From: Mobula hypostoma
Lineage: Eukaryota
NCBI RefSeq assembly: GCF_963921235.1
Contig: NC_086097.1
Location: 82,462,001-82,526,000 of the forward strand
Reading direction: 5' to 3'
Length of the DNA: 64,000 nt
Positions 26,064 to 37,415 of this stretch are shown piece by piece. The notes under the pieces were generated by a model that was not told the DNA's origin, did not search any database, and worked only from the letters and a program-made list of their open reading frames with translations. The position numbers and the translations under genes are program-made. Within the stretch, counting starts at the first letter, position 1, and the number at the start of each line of letters is the position of its first letter.

Positions 26064-27102
26064 GGCTATGCCCACACTACACCGGATAATTTTGAAAACA
26101 CCAGTTTCGAGTAAAAACGACAGGCGTACACACTAAGCCTTTTTCAAAATATCTCTGTCCACACTAACACGGATATTTGGGCGAATCTCCTCTACTGGGC
26201 ACGTGCAGGACACACAGAAAACACGTGAAGAGGAAACGGTATACTTAGTGCGCGTTTGTCCAGTTACAGAGTAGAAAAACTTCAAAGGAATTGCTCTTGG
26301 CTCTCGCGCAGGAGGACTTAAAACTAAAAAAAACAAACACTGGAGCGTATGGAGGCAACCGACAGGGAGTTCACGGACAGTGTGACCCGGCTGACGACGA
26401 ACATTGAAAAACTGACTAACTCTGTTGCATTAATAAAGCACCTTGTTAAATGTATAAAACATGTCTGCTTCAGTGTTATCTTGTATTTCCATACAACGTT
26501 ACACATCTATTGTCAGAGATGTACTTGCATAAATAGGTAAAGCACCTTCACACAAGCAAGGACAGAAAACAGGGCAAAGTGAGTATACTTATTTATTCAG
26601 TAAGCTATGGGTCAAAGTATTTGGTGAGTACATTTCTAACTCTTCTGACTTCAGTCTCGTTGCCATCTGTTCTGAAATTGTTAGGTTGTATGGAGTTTGC
26701 GTTCAAGACAACAATGAAATGCCGCGCTGCGGCCATCTGTTCCAGCACGTCATGACAGCGTTTTTAAATAGTCAAAAAATCTCACTTTACAATTTAACTC
26801 TCACGCCGTTCACACCGACTGCGCGTTATAACAGCCGTACGGCAGTGCTTGCACAGTACCAAGCAGAAGCAGAAAAAGCATTGTTGTTGTGGTGTTGGCA
26901 TGACAGCGTTTTTAAATCTCTCCGTTTACCCCATACACACTACAACGGATATTCGGCGTTTTCAGATTTATTCACTCTGGAGACCGTTTCTGAAAATCTC
27001 CGTTTTTGGGGGGTGAAAACACTGTTTCAGTGTGGACAGAAGGTCAAAACGAAGAGAAAAAGCTGCATTTTCCAAATTATCCGGCGTAGTGTGGATGTAC
27101 CC
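26064..27102 (+). mobile_element. Non-autonomous Harbinger element A
   Basis: TIRs ggctatgcccacactacaccggataattt and aaattatccggcgtagtgtggatgtaccc; TAA on both sides; coding relic MEATDREFTDSVTRL. Confidence 0.8.
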
Positions 27103-27105
27103 TAA

Positions 27106-27895
27106 GGCTACATCCACACTAGACCGGATAAATCCATAACCGAAGCTTTTTCTCTTCGTTTTGGCCCTCCGTCCACACTGAAACGGTCTTTTCCTCCCCC
27201 GAAAACGGAGCTTTTCTAAAATGCTCTCCAGAGTATTTAAATCTGAAAACGCTGGTTGGGCGTTGTAGTGTGTACGGGGTAACCAGAGGTTTTAAAAAAC
27301 CTGTCATCCCTTTCATCGGCGAAGAGACTATGGCTGTAGGAAATGTTTCCAGGGTGACCCCTCTGCAGGAGTGGGGAAGATGTGGTGGGGCCACCCGGGG
27401 ATCTGTGTGTCCGTATGTGTAGCTATTGCAGTGGCTGTGAGGCTGGTATTGTGGTGGTGAAAAGTACTGGGGGGGGAGCCATCACATTCCTCATCACTGC
27501 AAATCCTTCTGCAATAGAGTTAGTCAGTTTTTCAACGTTCGTCATCAGCCGGGTCACACTGTCCGTGAACTCCCTGTCGGTTGCCTCCATACGCTCCAGT
27601 ATTTGTTTTTTCAGTTCTAAGTCCTCCTGTGCGAGAGCCAACAGCGGTCCGTCGTTATGCAATTTCTTTTTAAGTTTTTCTAGTTTGCAACTGGACAAAC
27701 GCGCACCAAGTATACCGTTTCCTCTTCACTTGTTTTCTGTAGATGTGTCCTGCTGATGCCCAGTAGGAGGAGATTTGCCCAAATACCCGTTTTAATGTGG
27801 ACGGAGGTATTTTCAAAAATGCCTGATGTGGACGCCTATCGTTTTTACACGAAACCGGCGTTTTCAAAATTATCCGGTCTAGTGTGGACGTAGCC
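27106..27895 (-). mobile_element. Non-autonomous Harbinger element B (opposite orientation)
   Basis: TIRs ggctacatccacactagaccggataa and ttatccggtctagtgtggacgtagcc; flanked by TAA and TGA; coiled-coil relic AQEDLELKKQILERMEATDREFTDSVTRL. Confidence 0.8.
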
Positions 27896-27915
27896 TGAGC
27901 CTAACAAGATCACAG

Positions 27916-28069
27916 CAACACACATCAAAGTCGCTGGTGAACGCCGCAGGCCAGGCAGCATCTCTAGGAAGTGGTACAGTTGACGTTTCGGGCCGAGACC
28001 CTTCGTCAGGAATGACGTGAGTGAAGTGTGTTGCTTGAATTTCCAGCATCTGCAGAATTCCTCTTGTTT
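27916..28069. mobile_element. 154-bp inverted PLE mini-insertion with hammerhead core
   Basis: 12-bp TSD acaagatcacag at 27904-27915 and 28070-28081; minus-strand hammerhead core at about 27978-28010; plus-strand terminal 44 nt. Confidence 0.85.
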
Positions 28070-28658
28070 ACAAGATCACAGATTGCTTCTTCACACCTGC
28101 CATTTTACACAATAAGCAGTTTATTGGAGAATGGTCTCAGGTTTAGCAGATCATTAGCAGAAACTCCTTGCATCCACTTTCAATTGCTCTGAATGCTATC
28201 ACAGTGCACACAATGGCGGCTGGAAGGATAGTCTCATGAAATGGCCAGTTCCATTCCTGTTCACTGATTGTTGTTCTTTCTGGCCAACTAAAGGTAATCT
28301 GAAGAATCAAAGCCATTATCATTAACCTTTATAAACTGAATATCCATGAAATTGAGGAAGGAAAATGCTAAGATCTATTATTTAAGAATTGGCAGCAGGG
28401 CATTTAAATCATCATAAAAGGACTGTGCGGAGTTAACATAGATTTATGAAAGGGAAATATTTGAAATTGTAGCCATCAGAGTAGATGAGCGGGCTGCAGT
28501 GAATGTTTTGTATTTGAATTTGAAAAGGTCTTCAAAAATGTGCCACTTAAAGTTATTAAACAATAAACAAAAAGCAAAGATCATGCAGATGCTGTAAGTC
28601 TGAAGTAAAAACAGGAAGTGTTGAAAATACTCAGCCAGTCAGGAAAGAGTTATATTTA

Positions 28659-29295
28659 TGTAAGGGATTTCTTCATTTATGTTACTGCTAAGCCTAATAA
28701 AATGGCTTCTTTGTTATGTTATAATAAAAATGGCTTTTATGTAATAATAACTCCGATGTAAGGACTTCTCTCTCTCTCTCCCTGTTTGGGTTATATTATT
28801 GATAAGAGAGAGAATGAACCAATGAGTGTCCATGTTATTCTTTTTGTGGGTGATATTGTGTCCCATGTGGCTGGGAACCGTGTGGTTTGGCGGACTTTTC
28901 GGGAGGAGATCCACAGAGCAAAGACGTGCTGGATGCGCTTTGGTTGACCACCGTGGTTGGTCCCGAGCGGCGAGTCGAGGGGGTCGGAGGGGATCGCATG
29001 GTGGAACGAGGACCCTGTTAATTGAGCTCCCAACAGTTATGCACGAAGTGGTTGAACTCTGATAAGTCTGGCGCCTTTTACTTTCCCTTTTATATTGTAT
29101 CTCTATTAATTACATAGTTCCAGTAAGATTTATAAAGTGCAATCTGTAAATGGTACATTGTGTGCTGTCTGATATTTGATGTGTGAGTTTGTACCAGGTG
29201 GCATTACACAGCAACGATGCAACCGTGAGACACGGTTTGGCGGGCGGACGGGGTTTCCCCTAGATAAACACAAGCCGATAGACGTAAGCATTACA
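28659..29295 (+). mobile_element. Solo LTR related to the Gypsy LTR at 51941/59463
   Basis: tgtaa...ttaca ends; 4-bp TSD ttta; shares aatggcttctttgttatgttat and gagctcc-aacagtt...gataagtctggcgcctttt blocks with the Gypsy LTR in reverse complement. Confidence 0.85.
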
Positions 29296-29856
29296 TTTAT
29301 AAAGAGGAATAGAGTTAACATTTGGGGTTAACAGCTTACCTCACTTCACCTGTGGAAGAGCGTACATAAGTTAATCCTTAAATTGTAGAGCGGTCACCCT
29401 TCTAACCCTTCCTGACCTGCCTTCAAAGTAGGAATAACCTTTGTTAAATAAGGAGATGAAAACTGCACAGATGTTGCAAGACTTCCGTGCTGGGTACTCC
29501 ACCTCTCTTGCAACGGAGACTTACATTCTTCTTGTCATCTTAATTCCTTGCTGTATCTGCATGCTAACTTTCAATAATTCTTGCACCAGATCTCTCTGCA
29601 CACCAGTGAAGTTTGAAGTTCAAAGTAATCATATTATCAAAGAACCTATATGTCTCCATATGCTACCTTGAGGGTTATTTTCTTACAGGTATTCACAGTA
29701 GAACAAAAAAAAGATAGAATCAAAGAGAAAATACACACAGACGAAGACTGACAGGCACCCGATGCGCAAATAAAATTAAGTAAATAAGTAAGGATTTGAG
29801 TTGTAGAGTCAGTGAATGTGAGTCCATAAACACAATCACTACTTAAATAATGAAGA

Positions 29857-30860
29857 CACGAGGAATTCTGCAGATGCTGGAAATTCAAGCGACATACATC
29901 AAAGTTGCTGGTGAACACAGCAGGCCAGGCAGCATCTCTAGGAAGAGGTACAGTCGACGTTTCGAGCCGAGATCCTTCGCCAGGACCAACTGAAGGAAGA
30001 GTGAGTAAGGGATTTGAAAGTTGGAGGGGGAAGGGGAGATCCAAAATGATAGGAGAAGACAGGAGGGGGAGGGATAGAGCCAAGAGCTGGACAGGTGATA
30101 GGCAAAAGGGATACGAGAGGATCATGGGACAGGAGGTCCGGGAAGAAAGACAAGGCGGGGGGGGGGGGAATGCCAGAGGATGGGCAAGGGGTATAGTCAG
30201 AGGGACAGAGGGAGAAAAAGGAGAGAGAGAGAAAGAATGTGTGTATATAAATACGTAACGGATGGGGTACAAGGGGGAGGTGGCCTCCTCTACTGTAACC
30301 CATTCTGATATGTCTATCCATGGCCTCCTCTACTGTAACCCACCCTGATATGTCTATCCATGGCTTCCTCTACTGTAAAGATGAAGCCACACTCTGGTTG
30401 GAGGAACAACATCTTATATTCCGTCTGGGTAGCCTCCAACCTGATTGCATGAACATTGACTTCTCTAACTTCCGCTAATGCCCCACCTCCCCCTTGTACC
30501 CCATCCGTTATTTATTTATATACACACATTCTTTCTCTCTCTCTCCTTTTTCTCCCTCTGTCCCTCTGACTATACCCCTTGCCCATCCTCTGGGTTTTTC
30601 CCCCCCTCCCCCTTTTCCTTCTCCCTGGGCCTCCTGTCCCATGATCCTCTCATATCCCTTTTGCCAATCACCTGTCCATCTCTTGGCTCCATCCCTCCCC
30701 CTCCTGTCTTCTCCTATCATTTTGGATCTCCCCCTCCCCCTCCCACTTTCAAATCTCTTACTAGCTCTTCCTTCAGTTAGTCCTGACGAAGGGTCTCGGC
30801 CCGAAACGTCGACTGTACCTCTTCCTAGAGATGCTGCCCGGCCTGCTGCGTTCACCAGCA
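29857..30860. mobile_element. Fold-back PLE insertion (two inverted 3' arms)
   Basis: Minus arm 29857-30283, plus arm 30281-30860; 16-bp TSD acttaaataatgaaga at 29841-29856 and 30861-30876. Confidence 0.9.
30779..30814 (+). ncRNA. Minimal type I hammerhead ribozyme motif, best-preserved copy
   Basis: Stem I agtc/gact; core CUGACGA (30783-30789); stem II gggu/gccc with cucg loop; GAAA; palindromic ACGU helix III; predicted cleavage after GUC at 30810. Confidence 0.8.
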
Positions 30861-30876
30861 ACTTAAATAATGAAGA

Positions 30877-31002
30877 GTCTTAATGAAGGGTCTCTGCCCA
30901 AAATGTCAACTGTTTATTCCCCTTCATTGATGCTGCCCGACCTGCAGAGTTCCTCCAGAATTTTGTGCGTGTTGCTTTGGATTTCCAGCATCTGCAGAAT
31001 CT
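30877..31002 (+). mobile_element. Older PLE terminal segment with decayed hammerhead
   Basis: gtcttaatgaagggtctctgcccaaaatgtcaactg...ttccagcatctgcagaat. Confidence 0.65.
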
Positions 31003-31474
31003 GTACTTGACACCGCCCCTTGATAAAAAGGAGTCTGGACACACGGCCATAGGAAATTACAGGCACAGATCTTTGACTGCCTATTTTGTGATAGTTCATG
31101 TAAAAAGACATCAATATATCAAAGAGGAATATTATGGATCAATACAGACTACACAAGCTTTCCAAATGTGCAAACCTTATCATGTGTTTGACTTTATTGG
31201 GGTACTGCTGGTTTTAACAAAGTTGCAGATTGAGAGGATACACAGAGGGTATGTTTAGTTTTAGCTTTTCAATTTTCATATATTAGAATTATCAGTACTT
31301 TTAACTGTGTCAGAAATAGCTAAACTCAATTTTTGCCCATCAGTTTAAATAGTAGACATATAGAAGTGTAGTCTAAAGTTATTATACTTATGGGTCTTAT
31401 AAATCTGGTACTATACCTTTGTAACATAGCAATTGAGGATGGGTAAGATGATGGCCAAGATGAATAACTTCATT

Positions 31475-31712
31475 GACCATAAGACAATAAGATATAGGAG
31501 CAGAATTAGGCTGTTTGGCCCATCGAGTCTGCTGTGCCATTTCATCATGGCTGATCCAACTTTCTCTCAGCCCCAATATCCTGCCTTCTCCCCGTATCCC
31601 TTCATGCCCTGACCAATCAAAAATCTATCAACCTCTGCCTTAAATGTACATAAAGACTTGGCTTCCACAGCTGCCTGTAGCAAATAACTCCACAAGTTCT
31701 CCACTCTCTGGC
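31475..31712 (-). mobile_element. CR1 3' end fragment
   Basis: FSQRVENLW...FKAEVDRFL...GYG; gaccataagacaataaga tail. Confidence 0.85.
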
Positions 31713-31727
31713 TAAAGAATACAGTTC

Positions 31728-32872
31728 CCAGTTCCTCCGTCTCCGCCGCATCTGCTCCCAGGATGAGGCTTTCCGTTCCAGGACATCTAAAATGTTGTCT
31801 TTCTTTAAGGATCGTGATTTCCCTTCCGCCGTCATCAATGATGCCCTCACCCGCATCTCCTCCATTTCCTGCACTTCGGCCCTCACCCCATCCTCCCGCA
31901 ACCACAACAGGGACAGAGTTCCCCTTGTCCTTACCTACCACCCCACCAGCCTCCAGATCCAGCACATTATCCTCTGCAACTTCCGCCACCTGCAACAGGA
32001 CCCCACCACTAAGCACATCTTTCCCTCTCCACCCCTCTGTTTTCCACAGGGATCCACGACTCCCTGATCCACACGTCCATCCCCACAGATCTCCCACCCG
32101 GCACTTATCCCTGTAAGCACAAGTGCTACACCTGCCCCTACACCTCCTCTCTTGCTACCATTCAGGGGCCCAAACGGTCCTTCCAGGTGAGGCAACACTT
32201 CACTTGTGAGTCTGTTGGGGTCATCTATTGCATCCGGTGCTCCCGGTGCGGCCTCCTCTGCATCGGTGAAACCCGACGCAGATTGGGGGACCGCTTCGTC
32301 GAGCACCTCCACTCTGTTCACCTTAACAGACAGGATCTCCCGGTAGCCACCCACTTCAAATTTGCTTCCCATTCCCATTTAGATATGTCCATACATGGCC
32401 TCCTCTACTGCCATGATGAGGCTAAACTCAGGTTGAGAAGCAACACCTCATATACCGTCTAGGTATTCTCCAGCCCCTTGGTATGAACATAGAATTCTCC
32501 AACTTATGGTAATTCCCTCCCCCTCCCTTCTCCTATCCCTATTTCTCTCTGCCCCCTTCCCCAGCTGCCTATCACCTCCCTCATGGTTCCGCCTCCTTCT
32601 ACTACCTATTGTGTTTTCCCCTATTCCTTCTTCACCTTTCCTGCTTATCACCTCCCTGCCTCCCCTCCCCCACCCCTTTATCTTTCCCCTTACTGGTTTT
32701 TCACCTGGAACCTACCAGCCTTCTCCTTCCCACCCTCCCCCCACCTTCTTTATAGGGCCTCTGTCCCTTCCCTCTTCCATCCTGACGAAGGGTTCCGGCC
32801 CAAAACGTTGACTGATGGTTTCCACGGATGCTGCCCGACCTGCTGAGTTTCTCCAGTGTGCTGTGAGTGTTG
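31728..32872 (+). mobile_element. PLE (second subfamily) 3' portion, frameshifted
   Basis: QFLRLRRICS, RVPLVLTYHP and GVIYCIRCSRCGLLCIGET motifs; mutated hammerhead at about 32778-32813; 15-bp TSD taaagaatacagttc at 31713-31727 and 32873-32887. Confidence 0.9.
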
Positions 32873-33500
32873 TAAAGAATACAGTTCATATCTAACTGGC
32901 GACTCGCAGTCTGCTACCAGTGAGGAGGCTCAACTATTTGTAAAAGTAACTTTTAAGTTGCTGGATTGTTGTAAGATACTAATTATTCTTTAGTAGTCAG
33001 TGTACTGCCTGATTCCAATTAGCGTAGTTGATTCTTGTTATCTGTTTCCTGCAACATTCTGGTAAGTTGTATCAAACTTTTCCTTCAGTTAACTTTGAGT
33101 GAGCAATAAATGTCAGTAACGCCCACATTGCAAGAGAGAGAAAGATCATGTTTTGCATATGATGCAAATGTGTGGGCTGAAATATTAACTGTGTAATCAT
33201 TTCAAACACATACCAATGCTTCAGTATTCAAAATTAATTGCTCACTAAAAGAAACAATTCAAAACAATAAGCAAGAATACATGGAATCATGTTCATATGA
33301 CAGGTAAAGTAATTTGACAACAAGCAGATTATTGAAGACAGGAGACACCACAGACTGTACAGGCGAGAACCTGGAGCAACAAACAAGATGTTTGAGGAAA
33401 ACACAGGATCAGGCAGCATCTGTGGGTGAACATGGGCATCTGATGTTTCAAGACAAGACTTTTCATCTGGACTTGACCCAAAACATCTATTGTCCATTTC

Positions 33501-34293
33501 TCAAATAATAATGAGGCAGCCCACAGAGAAGAAGTCATCACCCTGACACAGTGGTGTCAAGAAAACAACCTCTCCCTCAATGTCACAAAAACAAAGGAGC
33601 TGGTTGTAGACTACAGGTGGAATGGAGACAGGCTAGCCCCTATTGACATCAATGGATCTGAGGTTAAGAGGGTGAACAGCTTTAAGTTCCTCAGCATAAA
33701 CATCACCGAGGACCTCACGTGGTCTGTACATACCAGTTGTGTGGTGAAAATGGCACGACAGCATCTTTCACCTCAGACCATTGAAGAAGTTTGCTGTGGG
33801 CCCTCAAATCCTAAGGACTTTCTACAGGAGCACAGTTGAGAGCATCCTGACTGGCTGCATCACTGCCTGGTATGGGAACTGTACTTCCCTCAATCACAGG
33901 ACTCTGCAGAGAGTGGTGTGGACAGCCCAGCGCATCTGTAGATGTGAACTTCCTACTATTCAGACATTTACAAAGACAAGTGTGTAAAAAGGGCCTGAAG
34001 GATCATTGGGGATACGAGTCACCCCAAACACAAAATGTTCCAGCTGTTACCGTCCAGGAAACGGTATCGCAGCTTAAAAGCCAGGACCAGCAGGCTGTAG
34101 GACAGCTTCTTCCACACGGCCATCAGACATGGTGACAAAACTGTATTTCCATGTTATATTGACTATCCTGTTGTACGTACTATTTACTATAAATTACTAT
34201 AAATTGCACATTGCACATTCAGACAGAGACGTAACATAAAGACTTTTACCCCTCTTGTATATGAAAAATGTAAGTAACAAAGTCAGTTAAATT
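33501..34293 (+). mobile_element. Rex1/Babar-like LINE, 5'-truncated
   Basis: WCQENNLSLNVTKTKELVVDY and ESILTGCITAWYGN; homologous to 4657-5388; splits an old PLE-tail fold-back (33335-33500 and 34295-34335). Confidence 0.8.
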
Positions 34294-34441
34294 CTTTCTA
34301 TAGATGCTATCTGACCTGCTGAGTTCCTTTAGTATCTTGAGAACGCACTGTTTACTAGTACGTTGACACATCATTCACTTATATGTGCAGGAGTGTTGTG
34401 ATCCTATTGTTTCAAGAGTCATGACAAATATTATTAATTGC

Positions 34442-35105
34442 AGCAACACACACAAAATGCTAGTGAACGCAGCAGGCCAGGCAGCATCAATTGGAAGAGG
34501 TACAGTCAACGTTTCGGGCCGAGACCCTTCGTCAGGACTAACTGAAAGAAGAGCCAGTAAGAGATTTGAAAGTGGGAGGGGGAGGGGATATCCGAAATGA
34601 TAGGAGAAGACAGGAGGGGGAGGGCTGGAGCTAAGAGCTGGAAAGTTGATTGGGAAAAGGGATATGAGGCTGGAGAAGGGAGAGGATCATGGGATGGGAG
34701 GCCTAGGGAGAAAGGGGGAGGGGAGCCCACTATAGTGAGAGGGACAGAGGGAGAAAAAAGAGAGAGAGAAAAGGGGGGGGAGAGAGAGAGAGCAAGAGAG
34801 AGAGAGAGAGAGAAATAAATAAATAAGGGATGGGGTACAAAGGGGAGGTGGGGCATTAGCGGAAGTTAGAGAAGTCAATGTTCATGCCATCAGGTTGGAG
34901 GCTACCCAGACGGAATATAAGGTGCTGTTCCTCCAACCTGAGTGTGGCTTCATCTTGACAGTAGAGGCAGCCGTAAACGAAGGGTCTTGGCCCGAAACGT
35001 CGACTGTACCTCTTCCAATTGATGCTGCCTGGCCTGCTGCGTTCACCAGCATTTTTTATGTGTGTTGCTTGAATTTCCCGCATCTGCAGATTTCCTCGTG
35101 TTTGC
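34442..35105. mobile_element. Fold-back PLE insertion
   Basis: Minus arm 34442-34973, plus arm 34977-35105; 12-bp TSD attattaattgc at 34430-34441 and 35106-35117. Confidence 0.9.
34504..34539 (-). ncRNA. Minimal hammerhead ribozyme motif (GUU triplet)
   Basis: agtc-CTGACGA-agggtctcggccc-GAAACGTT-gact on the minus strand. Confidence 0.75.
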
Positions 35106-35871
35106 ATTATTAATTGCCAGTAGTTTACTAACCAGCTGAACAGTCCTTATTTCTCCTCTGTTTTTGTCTAGCATATACTTTGGAACTTTTATTGCTCCCT
35201 GGATCCCAATGACAGCAAACCCAGTGCAATACCAGAGAATTAAGAATGAACAATAAGTGCTGCCTCAGTGATGACTTTGTGACCTGTGAATGAATAGAAA
35301 CAAAACTGGTAAATTCAATCAAACCTGCAAAGTCCAATTCACATATCCTCAAAGAAAGGAGTGCAACTATAAAACAAGGAGTTTTTAAAAATCCTTGTAG
35401 CATGTCCTTTATAACTTGCTGAATAAATATTTCTAATTTTAATTTTCTTTTTATATTTACATAACTCCACTAATAGAGTAATAGTGTGCTTCACAGGAAC
35501 GGTCTGATAAAAAGGCAGCATGAATCCTTTTGGATGCATATTTTGAGTAAATGTTATGCCTTCACAGCCCATTGCAAAATTAAAAGTTAGAGTTGCAGAT
35601 GAATGAATCGTCCGTCACAGAAATCAAAGGCAGGGGAATGGATTCTAGTTCACCCCATGTTTTTTCTATGTTCCTTGATGTTCTGTACCCAATTCCTAAT
35701 AAGCCTGAATTGCTATCTATTTGCTATCCTTTTTCTACCACTTCGCTGACTTTACATGCATATGGTATTTCCTCAGATACCCTTTTAATATAAAAGCATC
35801 ATGCAGACATAGATCTGAGCTATCTAGCATTAATGCTGTGAAGCTAACTTCCTTGTGTACATAAAACCTCC

Positions 35872-36940
35872 AATATTAATAGACTACAGGTGCATCACAA
35901 GGCTGTGTGCTTAGCTCCCTGCTGTACCCACTTTACACTTATGACCCTATAACCAAGCACAGCTCCAATGCCATATTTAAATTTGCTGATGACACCACTA
36001 TCACTGGCTGAATAAAAGGTAGTGATGAATCAGTACCTAGGAGGGAGGTTGAAAATCTGGCTGAGTGATGCCACAACAATAGCAACCTCTTACTCAATGT
36101 CATTAAGACCAAGGCGCTGAATATTGCCTTCATGAGGAGGAAACAAGAGGTCCATGAGCCAGTTATCATTGGGGGATCAGAGTTGGAGAGGATCAATAAC
36201 TTTAAGTTCCTCGGTGTTATCATTTTAGAGGACCTCTGCTAGGCCAAGCACATAAGTGCAATGATGAAGGAAGCATGACAGCATGTCTACTTCCTTAGGA
36301 GTTTGTGAAAATTTGGCATGACATCTAAAACTTTTGACAGTCTTCTATAGATGTGTAGTGGAGAGTATGGAAACACCAATGCCCTTGAACAGAAAATCCT
36401 ACAAGAGTAGTGGATACAGCCCAGTCCATCACAGGTAAAGCCCTCCCCACCATTGAACACACCTACACAAAGCACTGTTGCAGGAACTCAGCATCCATCA
36501 TCAGGGACCCCCACCACCCAGGACATGCTGTCTTCTTGCTGCTGCCATCAGGAAAAGGGTACAAGAGCCTCAGGACCCACACCACCAGGTTTAGGAACAG
36601 TTATTACCCTCAACCATCAGGCTCTTGAACCAAAGGGGATAACTTTACCCAACTTCACTCGCCCCATCTTTGAAATCATCCTACAACCTATTGATTTAAT
36701 TTCAAAGACTCCTCATCTCATTTTATCAATATTTATTGTTTATTTTATTATTATTATTATTAATTTACTTTTGTATTTCACACTGGTTGAACACCCAAGT
36801 TGATGCGCTCTCTCATTGATTCTATTATTGTTATTATTCTATTATGGATTTATTGAGTATACTCTCAAGGAAATGAATCTCAGGGTCATACATGATAACA
36901 TATATGCATTCTGATAATAAATTTACTTTGAACTTTGAAC
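35872..36940 (+). mobile_element. Decayed Rex1/Babar-like LINE
   Basis: QGCVLSSLLY, FKFADDTT and LLPSGKGY motifs; (TTGAAC)n tail. Confidence 0.8.
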
Positions 36941-37128
36941 ATTGATCAGTTATTTGAGCTACTAAATGATAAAATCCATCTGGTCTGCAAGCTTCCTTGA
37001 ACTAATCAACTTAGTCAACTTGTCTGTTTTGAAACAAACCAAATTGCCGTATTCTGAACTCTCAAACGTTTTAAACCAGGTGCAGTTACTTACTACAGAC
37101 AGAGCATTTTCAAAGCTGCTCTATAGAC

Positions 37129-37415
37129 TTATACTTAATACTTTATACTTTATTGTCGACAAACAATTGATAGTAGAACGTACAATCATCACAGCGATAT
37201 TTGATTCTGTGCTTCGCGCTCCCTGGAGTACAAATCGATAGTAAATATTAAAAATTTAAATTATAAATCATAAATAGAAAATAGAAAAGGGAAAGTAAGG
37301 TAGTCCAAAAAAAAAACCAAGAGGCCGGTCCAGATATTTGGAGGGTACGGCCCAGATCCGGGTCAGGATCCGTTCAGCAGTCTTATCACAGTTGGAAAGA
37401 AGCTGTTCCCAAATC
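37129..37415 (-). mobile_element. LINE 3' tail fragment (Rex-like)
   Basis: ttatacttaatactttatactttattg tail; ggaaagaagctgtt-type RT end; interrupts the duplicated segment 36973-37582. Confidence 0.55.

Noticed and set aside
29646..30883. Recurring ORFs such as MLVNAAGQAASLGRG and YPIRYLFIYTHSF
   Set aside because: Translations of the PLE 3' UTR on both strands; they recur only because the repeat does
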